DNA from: Octopus vulgaris
Lineage: Eukaryota
Length of the DNA: 64,000 bases
Direction of reading: 5' to 3'
NCBI GenBank assembly: GCA_951406725.2
Contig: OX597833.1
Coordinates: 64,852,001-64,916,000, forward strand
Part shown: positions 28,983 to 43,125 of the stretch, in pieces
Layout of the letters: every line of letters begins with the position of its first letter
How positions within the stretch are numbered: the first letter of the stretch is position 1
Position numbers and translations under genes: made by a program
Notes under the pieces: generated by a model
The model's input: the letters and a program-made list of their open reading frames with translations, nothing else
The model's database searches: none
Told to the model about the DNA's origin: nothing

Positions 28983-29052
28983 GTTATTATTATTATTATT
29001 GTTATTATTATTATTATTATTATTGTTATTATTATCATTGTTATTATTATTA

Positions 29053-29131
<79 letters not shown>

Positions 29132-29317
29132 CATTATTATTATTATCATTATTATTATCGATGATAATTTTATTAATGACAATGATAATAACGGGAAGAA
29201 CAATCACAATGATAATAAGAATCATAATAACGAAAACAATATCAATAGCGATATATAATAATAATATTAATAATGATGATGATGATGATAATGATAATAA
29301 TAGTAATAATAATAATA

Positions 29318-29352
<35 letters not shown>

Positions 29353-29760
29353 AATAATAGTAATAAGAAGAAGAAGAAGAAGAACAACAACAATGACGAC
29401 GACGATGATGATGCTGATAATAATAATAATGATAATAATAATAATAATAATAATAATAACAGTAACAATAATAAAGGTAATTACATTGATAAAAGTACTA
29501 AACCGTGTGTACTACCATGGCTTCTACTACTACTACTACTACTACAACTACTACTACTACTAATAATAATAATAATAATACAACTACTAGTACTAATACT
29601 GCAACTACTACTAATACTTCTGCTACTACTACTACTACTACTACTAATAATAATAATAATATTATAACACCACCACCACCACCAATAACAGCAACAGCAG
29701 CAAAGATGATGATGATGATGAATATGATAAAAGCAGCGATGATAAGAATAATGCAACAGC
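28918..29760. repeat. Compound (TTA)/(AAT)/(GAT)/(CTA)n arrays
   Basis: Direct. Confidence 0.95.
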
Positions 29761-29981
29761 CTTATTACTCAAAGTGTGTGTGTGGGAGGGGGGAAAGTGT
29801 GCCAATCTCAGTTGAAAATAATTGGCATTCAAAATAAAAGATACGCCATTATGTATGTGCAGGCTTACATGTGTGTAGGCATGTATGAACGTAGCCATGC
29901 CGGTATATGTATGTATGCATATATGTATGTATGTATGTAAGTTTGCTTATATACATATATATATATATGTACATGCATATA

Positions 29982-30024
<43 letters not shown>

Positions 30025-30075
30025 TTGTATATTTGTCTATCTAGCTATCTATTTCCGTATCTATCTATCTATCTA

Positions 30076-30131
<56 letters not shown>

Positions 30132-30144
30132 GTGTGTGTGTGTA

Positions 30145-30219
<75 letters not shown>

Positions 30220-30239
30220 AAATGCATCTGCAATGATAC

Positions 30240-30308
<69 letters not shown>

Positions 30309-31066
30309 AGTATATCTTTCATATATATGGGTATAGAAGGAGATTACGAAATTCAGTGTCATTGAGTAGGTTGTACAATATATGCACGTATGTAGATATT
30401 TGCATCTCCATACACATGCATACATTTATCAATCTATATAGATTTCTATCTATCTATCTGTATATATACACACACACAAACATATATATATATACATATA
30501 TATATATGTATGTGTGTGTGAGTGTGTTTGTGTATTCATATATATATATGAACATGTCAGAGTATACATCTACGCATGTATGTATATGGTGAGGGTGGGT
30601 GTATAGGTATGTATGTATATTGATCTTTCTAATCAGCGAAGTTTGTCGTTAGATGAAAGCATTTGTAGTTATTGGTTATTAGGGAGCCGCCCACCAGGTT
30701 TGAGTTCTTTGAACAGATTGTCTCTCATAATTACTTTTACCTATAGATACATATGTGATTCAATATATATGTGTGAGTGTGTATGTATACATATATATCT
30801 ATATATCTATATATATATGTAGGTAAGTATGTATATATATATATATATCATGTGTGTGCATATTTGCACATATAACCGTATAGGGTAGACATATGTCGAT
30901 GCTAACAACACATGGTATGGCACACATACGGATATATGTATACCTGTAACTCTCTCTCTCTCTCTCTCTATCTCTCGCCCTCTCTTTCAAGATCTATATA
31001 TCCACATATATATGTAGTTTTGTATATACGTACGCATGTATGCATGTAAGTATGTATGTTTATAAG

Positions 31067-31112
<46 letters not shown>

Positions 31113-31180
31113 TATGATTGATTGATTCTAGTTTCAGCTCATGAGCTGTGGCCATTGGGGCACCGCCATATATGTATATG

Positions 31181-31263
<83 letters not shown>

Positions 31264-31779
31264 GTATCTAATATATTTGCTTATTTGCGCATATCCGAGC
31301 TCAATTAAAGTACGAGGTACAGGTATTGAACAATATTTCTCGTTCTATTTATATGAAATAAAATTTCGGTAAAGAGATTTTCGACGTATTGCGGTATTCG
31401 CTTACGAAAGGTCGTCAGGTATGACTTTACTTTTCAGCTTTGAATATTTCCACAGGGTTTTCAATGCGAGCTGTTCTTTTGACTTTTACTTTTCTCAAGG
31501 CTTCTCATTATTTCGACTTGGAATCCAGTCGAGTTATTCTTGTGAATCCTAAACGTAATTTGATTACCGGGAATGGAATAACCAAATTTTCGAACTTCAA
31601 TGAGAATTTGATGCTAGTGAAATTTAAAGTCAGTCAATAGTAGGTGGTGTAAAATCTAGTCACGACTGACGCAGTGTAACGTTTGTCACCATTTGCAGCC
31701 ATTTTCTCAAAATGAGTCGTTATAGAAATAGAACTCTGCTGTTTTACGCCAAATTTGTAACTGTCGGAAATTTTCCTGA

Positions 31780-32700
31780 AGAAATTGTTGCCTAAATTTA
31801 CAAAAAATGAAAATGACACTGTCATCTCATTTTAACACATATATTTACCAAAATTAAAGAAAATTATTTTGAAATGTGGCTGTGTGGTAATTAGCTTGCT
31901 TACCAACCACATGGTTCCGGGTTCAGTCCCACTGCGTGGCACCTTTGGCAAGTATCTTCTACTATAGCTTCGGGCCGGCCAAAACCTTGCGAGTGGATTT
32001 GGTGGACGGAAACTGAAAGAAGCCCGTCGTATATATGTATATATATATATGTATGTGCATGTATGTTTGTGTGTCTGTTTTTGTGCCCCTAGCATTGCTT
32101 GACAACCGATGTTGGTGTGTTTTGCTCGATTAAAGGCGGTGCTCCAGCATGGCCGCAGTCAAAATGACTGAAACAAGTAAGAGTAGAAAATAAGAGTAAA
32201 AAGGGAAATTTCTTTAATAAAATCACCATTGGCTTCAACCACGGCCGACGGATGACTTCAGAAGATCCTGCAACTCCTCTAGATAATCACCTCGTTTAAG
32301 CTGGTTAATGCTGCCATAATCTTTACTTTCAGCTCATCTTCGGGGTTACAAGGAGTTTTCCTGGTCTCTCGCTAAACTGAGCCCCACGTATATTAATTAA
32401 GTGGGTTGCAATTTGGAAAGTTATTTGGCCAGGTGTTAGGGGAGATGTGGTCGCAGAAATTGTCTGACAGCCATGAATGGGTTCTCCTGCTTGTGTGGCA
32501 TGGTGTAGAGACCTCTGGTCAGACATAGGGTCTTCCAGCAGCCAACCTCTTGACCAAGGGCAGCACTACCACCAGGCACTTGATGTAGGCCTCCGAGTCT
32601 GAGGCCATGTACGAAGATGAATTGAAGCATAACGTCGCCATCACTAGTGATCACTCCAAACCACATGATGTTGACTGGATGCTTGATTTTTACGACTCTC
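31780..32700 (-). pseudogene. Decayed maT/DD37D-like transposase C-terminus plus 3' end
   Basis: MWFGVITSDGDVM..PCHTSRRTHSWLSDNFCDHISPNTWP..CNPLN..VWGSV..DELKVKIMAA..AVVEANGDFIK*. Confidence 0.85.
31876..32202 (+). mobile_element. SINE family B (internal deletion), inserted in the 3' UTR of a maT element
   Basis: Head and tail present; the flanks rejoin to match 51840-51990. Confidence 0.85.
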
Positions 32701-32809
32701 GGGGCAAGACCTCAGATTGTACTCTCCTCAGATTGACACCTAAACACTCTGAAATTCATTGCTATCCGCCGTTCTTTTAAACTAGTATATATTTCTCGTG
32801 TGCTATGCG

Positions 32810-33180
32810 TAACTGAAGCTCCGGCATCTGGCGATGGACTTGGTAAACACCCACAAGGTTATCAACCACCTCACCAACAACAACACTGAACACCTTTTTG
32901 ATCTCCATGTGTCTAACACACGTGGACATGCCTACAAAGTCAGAAAACAACACAGCTCCCATGACTTTCGGAAACATTTTCTCACGCTCAGAGTTGCTGA
33001 AGCATGGAATAAACTGCCTGCGTCAGTTGTTGACTGCCATGACACTGCATCCTTTAAGGCCCTCATGCTTTCCGAAATCCGCCGAAACTACACCTGATTA
33101 ATACATACACTTTAGATGAGTTGTAGTGCACCTGAGCACTGTACACAATGTTTTTATTATTATTATTATTATTATTATTT
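32810..33180 (+). mobile_element. CR1-clade LINE 3' end (5'-truncated)
   Basis: DLVNTHKVI..NTRGHAYKV..RKHFLTLRVAEAWNKLPASVV..SFK, then a short 3' UTR and (ATT)n tail. Confidence 0.85.
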
Positions 33181-33614
33181 AACTTATTCTACTAATAGCA
33201 CTGGATTTGTGAAGGGCCTACTACCTTGACAAATGTGTTGGGAGATTTGTAATGAAGAAATGAATTATTAATCAATTATCGAACTAATTTATGAGTGTTC
33301 TACCTGTGAATCAAATACTGGAATTTATTGAACTAATAACCACCAATAATGTGAACCTAAGCAAATGATTTGTGTGTTTTTGTCTTCGTGCGTGCGTGAG
33401 TGCTTGTGTTGGTTTAAGGTGCAAATCAATAAATATTGTATTCTTTTCCCTTTTGTGCGTAAGTTATTTTCTTGAGATTCACAAATGCAGGAAAACTAGC
33501 ATCAGTATTCCTTTTCACAAAAAGATTAAAGGATAATACAGGGATTGCGTGATTCCATACAGACTCAAGGGTTGTTATCAGCTACTGTCATTTTAAAACA
33601 TTCTCGTATATCAT

Positions 33615-33800
33615 AGGGAGAGTTTACGAAAAAAAAAACAAAAGACGAAGACAGGTGATGTACAAAACAAACAGATGTATTATTATAACGCTCAGGAATA
33701 GAAAAAATATTTTACGTTTCGAGCCTACGCTCTTCTACGGAAAGGGACTCAGAAAAAAAACAAGGAGAGAAACAAGGAGAAAAAAAAGGAGAGAAAAAAA
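33615..33800 (-). mobile_element. Short HHR-bearing repeat, family H1
   Basis: Homology to the other H1 copies; motif at 33709-33744 reads CUUU-CCGUAGA-A-GAGC(GUAG)GCUC-GAAAC-GUA-AAAU. Confidence 0.78.
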
Positions 33801-34402
33801 GGGTTTGTGGTGGAAGAGCCTTATAACGCCATGTGCAGAGAACTTTGCGCCATTAGTCATGGAATATTCTCCGAATATCATAATTTTATCTTTCCCATGT
33901 ACAAAGACATATTCTATAGATGTACTTCGATACCTGCGCTTTTGCCGATTTTTGAAAGAGATATCATACAACAGTCAAGAAAGTATTGTTTACATCAATA
34001 TTAAGCCACTTCACTTTTCTCTTTCAATTTAGATAGAATCCATCAATATCACTGTTAATGTAGAATTTCTGCAAGTGGAAGAATATCGCTAATATGTCGT
34101 TTACGTCATTAAGCGCTTAATCAAATAATCCGAACGCTGACTTGAGCCCGGGAGCTCGATCACAAATTGCTTTTACGCAGAGGAACTCGGGAAACCATTT
34201 CATTTTGATGCGAGCTTTATAATTCCTGGTGAAGCATTTCTATTCATGTATGTTTATGAAGTAGATTAAGTACAGATTTAACGGTACCGAATATGCACAC
34301 AAACACACGCTCACACACACACAAACACACACACACACACACACACAAACAAACACACACACGAACACATATATATGTGTATATATGTATATGTACTTAA
34401 AT

Positions 34403-34447
<45 letters not shown>

Positions 34448-34486
34448 AATATATGTGTGTGTGTGTATATTTAATTAGTTAATCCA

Positions 34487-34690
34487 AACAAGAAAACACA
34501 AAAAAACACAACAACGCGAGGACGTGGAACAAATATAGTATTATTGGACGCTCAGGAAAGAAGGGAAGAAGGAGGGTTTAACGTTTCGAGCGGAGCTCTT
34601 CGTCAGAAACATAGGAAAAGAAAAGATGCAGAGAAGGGAAGACGGAGGAAAAAAAATCGCCAACGGTACACATGAGGTCACATTTTGAAA
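34487..34690 (-). mobile_element. Short HHR-bearing repeat, family H2
   Basis: About 200 bp, highly similar to 46562-46768 and 49842-50050; flanked by TA-rich microsatellite. Confidence 0.85.
34576..34610 (-). ncRNA. Minimal type-I hammerhead ribozyme motif
   Basis: GUUU-CUGACGA-A-GAGC(UCC)GCUC-GAAAC-GUU|AAAC. Confidence 0.75.
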
Positions 34691-34755
34691 TTATATATAT
34701 ATACGTATATATATATACGTATATATATATACGTATATATATGTGAGTGCGTGCA

Positions 34756-34790
<35 letters not shown>

Positions 34791-34958
34791 CGGATATCTT
34801 CCAAGATTCTTAGCCAAGATTCGAAACCTAGATTGGATTTTTCTACCGGTTCCTTTCTACGTTTCTCGCCTTTTGCGCTAAGAAATCTATGGGAGCCTGT
34901 TAGATTTCGAGTCAAACTAGGGGACAAAGCAAAGTAGGGGACAGAAATAGATAGATAG

Positions 34959-35054
<96 letters not shown>

Positions 35055-35122
35055 TGCTCTGTCAATGGTATTACTGTGGGTTTGACGTCCACAAAGGGTT
35101 TAGCTTTACACCTTTTCTCAGA

Positions 35123-35293
35123 CCCTAAAACCCATTGGCCTCTCACAAGCGGCCTCTCTAGGAAAAGAAAGAGAAAAGGACTTTGTTACTTCATGACAAA
35201 AAAAAAAACGGGATTGTAACGGAGTTTTTTAACCACCTCCGTTTTCTAGAGAGGCCACTTGCTAGAGAGGCCATATAACAACGGGTTTTAGTG
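35123..35293. mobile_element. Small MITE
   Basis: TIRs ctaaaaccc..tggcctctc..ggcctctctag / ctagagaggcc..gagaggcca..gggttttagtg|TA. Confidence 0.65.
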
Positions 35294-35593
35294 TATGAAG
35301 AAACACTGTCAAGCTAAGATCTTTATGTATGTGAATATGTAAAACCCTGAGTAACCCCATAGACCGGCTATAGGTCTCTTTATCTAATTAATCTAATGCT
35401 CTATAACTTATTGTGTGATTCTCTTTCGGATATTCGAGGATTGAAGATGTGTGTGTGTGTGTATGTGCGTAGGTGTATGTGTGTGTTTGATCGAGTTTGT
35501 TTGATCGAGTGTGAATGTGTGTGTGTAGGTCCAAGTAGAAGAAGTAGGTGAATAAGAAGAAGAAAAAAAAACAGCGAGAAAATAAATAAGTAG

Positions 35594-35621
35594 ATGATGA
35601 TGATGATGATGGTAATGATGT

Positions 35622-35704
<83 letters not shown>

Positions 35705-35810
35705 GTAATGGTAAGGATGATAATGATGATGATGATGATGGTAATGATGTTGATGATGATGATGATGATGATGATGACGATGATGATGGTGATGATGATG
35801 ATGATGATTC
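35594..35810. repeat. (GAT)n array
   Basis: Direct. Confidence 0.97.
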
Positions 35811-36149
35811 CGAATCATTCACCATACGACATGGCAAATTATGTGTATGTGTTTGTTTTGCGTGTGTACATATACACGCATGCGCATTTACAGTAGACGT
35901 GTATATAGATAGACATTGTGCGCGTGCGCATTGATGTTCTTAGCTGTATGACTATGTGCGGAGTTCAGGTAACAGTTAGCATTTTTGCTTTCCTCGTTCC
36001 TCTTACCACTACCAAGCAGCGACAACCACCTCCGCACCCCCACTGCATTCAATAGTGATTAATGCGACTCCTGTGTAATTATGGCTCCTACTATCGTTTA
36101 CAAAGCCGGCTTTAAGCTGGAAACGAGGCTAAGAGTTGTCGGTGGTACC

Positions 36150-36239
36150 AGTGGAAGAGGAAGGAGAAGAAGAAGAAGAAAAGAAAGAAGATGGATGAGG
36201 AGGGGAGGAGAAGCAGAAGAAGTAGAGAGAGAAGACGAC

Positions 36240-36287
<48 letters not shown>

Positions 36288-36565
36288 ATAGAAGAAGAAG
36301 TAGAAGACGTAGTAGTGTAATAGTAGTAGTAGAAGAAGAAGAAGAAGAGGGAAGAAGAAGACGTAGTAGTAGTAGTAGGAGGAGGAGGAGGAGGAGGGGG
36401 GAGAAGAAGAAGAAGAAGAAGAAGAAGAAGAAGAAGAAGAAGACGAACAGCGAGAAAATATATAAGAGGATGATGATGATGACGACGACGACAATGAAGA
36501 TGAAGAAGGAAGAGAAGAAGAAGAATGAGAAGTAAAAGAAAAAGAAGAAGTTGCAGAAGTAGTAA

Positions 36566-36601
<36 letters not shown>

Positions 36602-36660
36602 CAGCAGCAGCAGCAGTAGTTGTTGTTGTTTTTGTTGTTGTTGTTGTTGCAGTGGTAGTA
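36150..36660. repeat. Compound (GAA)/(GTA)/(GGA)/(GTT)n array
   Basis: Direct. Confidence 0.95.
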
Positions 36661-36806
36661 AGCACATCAATATTAAGGAGAAGTATATAATTGTATATCT
36701 ATATGTGCGGGTGTGTGTTTGTGTGTGTACGCGTGTGATGTGAGTAGACGTGTATAGACTTATGTATGTGTGTGTGTATGTGTATGTGTATGTTGATATA
36801 TATATA

Positions 36807-36870
<64 letters not shown>

Positions 36871-36968
36871 GTATATATTGAGATACACAATTATATTTAA
36901 TTTAGACATCTCGTTATCTTATGGAATTATCACTGAACACATTATACGCGCGCATATATATATACATA

Positions 36969-37014
<46 letters not shown>

Positions 37015-37052
37015 TATGCGTGAGTGAATATATAAGTGGAGACATGCATATA

Positions 37053-37108
<56 letters not shown>

Positions 37109-37460
37109 GTATATATATAAGTATATGAATCTATATATAAATGTATATATATAAATAGTTATATATATATGTGTGTATGTATCTATCTATCTGTCTCTCT
37201 CTCTCTCACATACTCTCTCTCTCTCTCTCTCGCTTTATATATATATATATGTGTATGTGTGTGTGTATATATGTATATATATATATAAATATATATATAT
37301 ATACACACCTCACTCAATAGAATACTTCACTATGTACAATTTGAAACCTTTTAACGCACTTAATAGAAACTTGCCAAATCGAAATATGAATAAAAATCGG
37401 TACGTTTAATTGCGTATATATATACGCATGTATGCGTGTGTTTGTCTGCTTGTGTGTGTT

Positions 37461-37498
<38 letters not shown>

Positions 37499-38177
37499 TG
37501 TGAGTGTGTGTGTGAATGTCGCGTCTCCGTTGTTATTTGGTGTTTATACCAATAACACTTGGTACAAAACAGAACTGACTTTAGAGGAATACAATCTATA
37601 TAGATCTTAGTTCGTATTGAGCACTGTACAGAAAAATTTGTTTTCTTAATTTTATGAGATAGAACTTCTCCCCGATCTTGAAATATGTATGCGTATGTTT
37701 TGTATGCGTTTCATTTGTTTGTATAACAGTGTACGTCCTTGTACACACGTATGCCCACACATATAACACATACGCACACACATACACAGAGGCCCGTTTG
37801 GTGTAATGAACAATAGGTTTTTATGAGACATCGGTTTAAGGTAAAAAATGCAGTTTTCTGTTTTCTAACACAGCATCCACATTGAGTTGTATATAAATAT
37901 TACCTTTTGTTATTTATAATGCCTATGTCTTATTTAATTCTGAATATGCTCATTGGATATTTGCATCACATGTGCTTGGATAGACACTGATATACTATAT
38001 ATTGTTGAATTGAGCTTCGGCTGCCTTCGCGCTGCTTGACATCTGCTACTGAAGAACCCATAGCAGGAAGAAATCGCACGACACATTACAAATATAGACC
38101 TACATACATATGTATATGGATATATATATATAAATCAATAAATGGTGGGGTTGTGTTGACCGCACGTGGAGAAATGA

Positions 38178-38646
38178 TAGGCAAGGAAAAATTATCAAAA
38201 GACAGAATGCTAAATTGAAGGTAAATTTTAATGAAAATGGGTGTATGGGAAATTTTGAAAAATTAACAAAAAATATATATATTTAATTCAAACCGGTTTT
38301 CGTCACAATGTGACTTTTCAAGAATTGTAAGGTAAAAATAAATAAAAAAAATTATGATTGAGGAGGGGGAAAAAAGAAAATTTACAGTTTTTTGCAAAAA
38401 AAAAATAATAAACATATACAATATTATTATTCTTTTGCAAAAAACAATGTAATTTTCTTTTTTCCCCCTCCTCAATCATAATTTTTTTTTCTTTTCACCT
38501 TACAGTTCTTGAAAAGTCACATTGTGACGAATACCGGTTTGAATTAATATATATTTTTTTGTTAAATTTTCAAAATTTTCCATACCTCTATTTTCATAAA
38601 AAATTACCTTCAATTTCGCATTCTGGCTTTTTATAATTTTTCCTTG

Positions 38647-38650
<4 letters not shown>
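38178..38650. mobile_element. Foldback/MITE palindrome, arms about 230 bp, almost no spacer
   Basis: taggcaaggaaaaattat.. / ..ataattttttccttgccta; the arms pair along their whole length. Confidence 0.88.
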
Positions 38651-38700
<50 letters not shown>

Positions 38701-38749
38701 TATATATGTATGCATATATATGTATATATATATATATATATATACATAT

Positions 38750-38835
<86 letters not shown>

Positions 38836-39793
38836 CATGTATGTATGTATATGTGCATTAACATACCCGCAGACACACAAATTGAGAGAGGAAAAGCTAT
38901 GGCGAAATAATTGTGGTTCTGTGTTGCATAGTATGAACCCCAATCAAATAGGTGTACCTTATATCTTCAAGAACAACATAACAAATCATCACAGATCAAA
39001 AAGAAAGAAATCTAAAGTCAAACCGTGTTATGAACATCTCTAGTTATCCCATGAACTCAACATTATTACGTTTTTCGTTTTGTTTTTCTCTTTTTAACAT
39101 TACATTAACCTATGTATGACAACATTTAACTTATTTCTTAAATGTAGTGTCTCTCATGAAATGTCAAACAGATTTTGCTGTGTTTCCGTGACCACGTCAT
39201 AGCACGAATTTTACTACATTGCAAATTCTACAATAAATTAATCAGAACAAAATAAGAACAACTTATCCAATTCCATACGTAGTTGTCATCGAATGCAGTT
39301 TGAGTATTTTTAAATGCTGCTTTTACATAAGAAATTCAGTCAAACGCACCTAAACACACCTAAGTTTAACTGTTATCCTTTCAATGATATAAACTAATAA
39401 AAATAACTTAAGAAACACAGAGAATGCGTTCAAATGCCAAACGTACAGGATCTGGAGAGAAAAATTCGTTTGCGTTTTGAAGTCACGTGATGCGTTCTTT
39501 ATCGATCACATCCATGTGATGTGCTAATCTGCCTTCGTTATCGTAAACGCCTACCACCTTTCTACCATTTCCCTTATCATTTTTCCTATCTCTTCTTTCC
39601 TCTTTTCTCACATATCACTCTTAAATCTATCCATTCACTCGGTAATCTGTCCCATCTCTTTGATAATTCTTACTCTATCTATATTAGCTTAACGTCTTTC
39701 TTTTCACACAATTCTTTTCTGAGTTTCTTGTTTTCGCTCAGTATTTTCCTTTATCTCTATGGATACAATGCACGTGTATACAAACATACATAC

Positions 39794-39844
<51 letters not shown>

Positions 39845-39998
39845 CATAAAAATTACATTGTCTGCTTTACACGGATCTTTGAAATATATTTCGTTATGTT
39901 TATCGTAAATATTATATATTTTTATTGCATATTATATTATATTCAAATGTTAATAAATTCTTAGTTCCTGAATTGTATTTCTCTATTTCATGTAACAT

Positions 39999-40042
<44 letters not shown>

Positions 40043-40139
40043 GCATATGTATATATATATACATATGCATATATATATACACATATATACATATACATAT
40101 ATATACACATGCATATATATATATACATATATATACATA

Positions 40140-40239
<100 letters not shown>

Positions 40240-40497
40240 CGTTTTCCAAGATTCCTGATGTGAAATCGTGGGTTGAAACAGATATTGTATTCCTGTTCCG
40301 AATGTCGTAAGTGGAGCAAGAACACAAACGGAAACGAAAAGCGTCGCTGAAGAAGAGATCACATATAACAATATGTACCAAAAACCATCTTCAAAATTAC
40401 AGTAAACAATTCATTTGTGCAGGTCATTCGACAATGCGATGTTTTCGATTGTATATATGTACATATATGTGTATAAATATATGTATGTATGTATATC

Positions 40498-40582
<85 letters not shown>

Positions 40583-40738
40583 GTTAAGGCAGGCACATTA
40601 CATTACTTGGGCGACACTTTGACGGGGTCACAATTTTAGCCAGGTTCATTTTTTAAATAAGCCGTTTCTATGCGAGTTGGGTGTAATTTTAATGTTTGCC
40701 CTGGGCACCAATTACTCTTACTTCACCACTGATTTATG

Positions 40739-40795
<57 letters not shown>

Positions 40796-40830
40796 GTTGT
40801 TTATACATACACATATATATATATATATAA

Positions 40831-40985
40831 GAGCGGCTGTGTGGTAAGTAGCCTGCTTAATAACCACACGGTTCCGGGTTAAGTCCCACTGCGTGGCACC
40901 TTGGGCAAGTGTCTTCTACTATTGCATAGGGCCGACCAAAGCCTTGTGAGTGGATTTGGTAGACGAAAACTGAAAGAAGCCTGTC

Positions 40986-41039
<54 letters not shown>

Positions 41040-41263
41040 ATATATATATGTGTGTGTCTGTTTGTGTGTCTGTGTTTGTCCACCCAATATCGCTTGGCCA
41101 TAGATGCTGGTATGATTACGTCCCCGTTACTTAGCAGTTCGGCAAAAGAGACCGATAGAATAAGTACTAGGCTTACAAAGAATAAGACCTGCAGTCGATT
41201 TACTCGATTAAAAGGCGGTCCTCCAGCATGGCCGCAGTCAAATGACTGAAAGAAGTAAAAAAA
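40831..41263 (+). mobile_element. SINE family B
   Basis: Head-to-tail similarity. Confidence 0.9.
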
Positions 41264-41614
41264 AAAGATATATCATAAAGGAAACTAGAGGAATATAATT
41301 AATAACCATACTCAAAATCAAATATATACATAAATTCTTCTACATTTATGTAACGGATATAAAAATTCCAAATATATAAATATAAAAAAATACATATAAA
41401 TAAATAAATATCGATATGATACATAAAATACAGTGAATTTTAGATTTAAATGTTATAATACGTTGGTGTAATAAAAATTTGAGAAGATAAAACGTACAAA
41501 AGACGTACTAAAATACCGCAGTAAGTATGTGTATATATTTTTCTTTGAAGCAGCTGGAATGTAATTGTATAATTGTATTTCTGTATCTGTTTTTTTTTCT
41601 GTACTATCTTAAAA

Positions 41615-41695
41615 CATCCTGATGAGGGGACTGTCGCTTTTAAAAATATGAAGGATGTCATATTACTTGGCACATCTCTGAAACGGCCGTAGATG
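41615..41695 (+). ncRNA. Type-I hammerhead ribozyme motif (canonical core)
   Basis: CAUC-CUGAUGA-GGGGA(loop)UCUCU-GAAAC-GGCC-GUA|GAUG; palindromic stem III ACGGCCGU. Confidence 0.78.
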
Positions 41696-41910
41696 GAATT
41701 TTAAAATTTTTGCAATATTTTCGCGGTATTTTAGTACATCCATTTAATGTTTTATCATTTCAAATTTTTTATACACCAATGTATTATAACTTTTCAATAT
41801 AAACTTCACTGTGTTTTATGTATCATATCGATATTTATCTATTTATATGTATTTTTATATTTATATATTTGGAATTTTTATATCCGTTTTATAAATGTAG
41901 ACGAATATAT

Positions 41911-42334
41911 ACTCTTTTACTCTTTTACTTGTTTCAGTCATTTGACTGCGGCTATGCTGGAGCACCGCCTTTAATCGAGCAAATCGACCCCGGGACTTTT
42001 TCTTTGTAAGCCCAGTACTTATTCTATCGGTCTCTTTTGCCGAACCGCTAAGTGACGGGGATATAAACACACCAGCATCGGTTGTCAAGCAATGCTAGGG
42101 GGACAAACACACACACATACACACACACGCACACACACACACACATACATATATATATAAATACATATATACGACAGGCTTCTTTCAGTTTCCGTCTGCC
42201 AAATCCACTCACAAGGCTTTGGTCGGCCCGGGGCTATAGCAGAAGACACTTGCCCAAGATGCCACACAGTGGGACTGAACCCGGAACCATGTGGTTGGTT
42301 AGCAAGCTACTTACCACACAGCCACTCCTACGCC
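41911..42334 (-). mobile_element. SINE family B, full length
   Basis: Complete head to tail; tatata on both sides. Confidence 0.92.
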
Positions 42335-43125
42335 TATATATTTGATTTTGAGTGTCGTTATTAATTATATTCCTCTAATTTCCCTTTGCATTGCTTCCAT
42401 TCAGATTATTAAGCGGAATATGGCTGACTTGGAGCACTACAACTCCAAACTGTATTTTATTTGCGAGTATTGTTAACATTAGCAATCTCAAAATAAAGCC
42501 GAGTGTATATTATATTATATTCAAATGCTAATAAATTCTTTGTTCGTGAGCGTTGCACGCAGTGGGACTGAACTCAGAACCATGTGGTTGGTAAGCAAGC
42601 TACTGAAACTACATTGATGATGTTGACCAGGTTCAGGTCACCACTATTCTGCATGTTCCATTTCACTTGTGTCTCCTCTTTCATATTTCCCTCATTTTGT
42701 TCCACCCTAGACAAGTTTCCCAAACTGCAGCCTTTTCCTTACTGCTAAGAGCATTGCCCTCTAAAACTCAAAGAAAAATTCAGTAAAACTGTGCACGGGT
42801 GTTGCGCACTAAGATACGCAACAAAGACAGGATTCGATTCGAATACCAGTAACTCATATCTCATATCTTTTATTACATGACCTCCATGATCATATATAAC
42901 ACCATAACCGCGTTAAAATATCATTAATCTCACCGGTGGAAATTCTGGAACTCAAGGTCCAACACGTCGAAATATCCTGAAAACCCATGTCTGTGGTGGA
43001 CTGGAATGTTCTTAACTAAAAACGACAGCCCTAATTATTTCACGAAGAAATCCAATTTATCTAGTGTTTTAGGTGAAGCATTTTACACTAGGGACAAAGA
43101 AACCAGGATAGCATTGATTTATACC

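Larger units (their letters stand above)
41277..42388 (+). mobile_element. Penelope-like terminal relic (family H4): inverted arms of about 240 bp, right arm split by a SINE
   Basis: 41277-41519 is reverse-complementary to 41722-41910 plus 42335-42388; an HHR lies in the spacer. Confidence 0.75.

Noticed and set aside
33800-34200. Possible coding exon or transposase relic
   Set aside because: No recognisable motif in any frame, and multiple stops.
35408-35818. Poly-His ORF resembling a His-rich beak or metal-binding protein
   Set aside because: It is a pure (GAT)n microsatellite, open in several frames.
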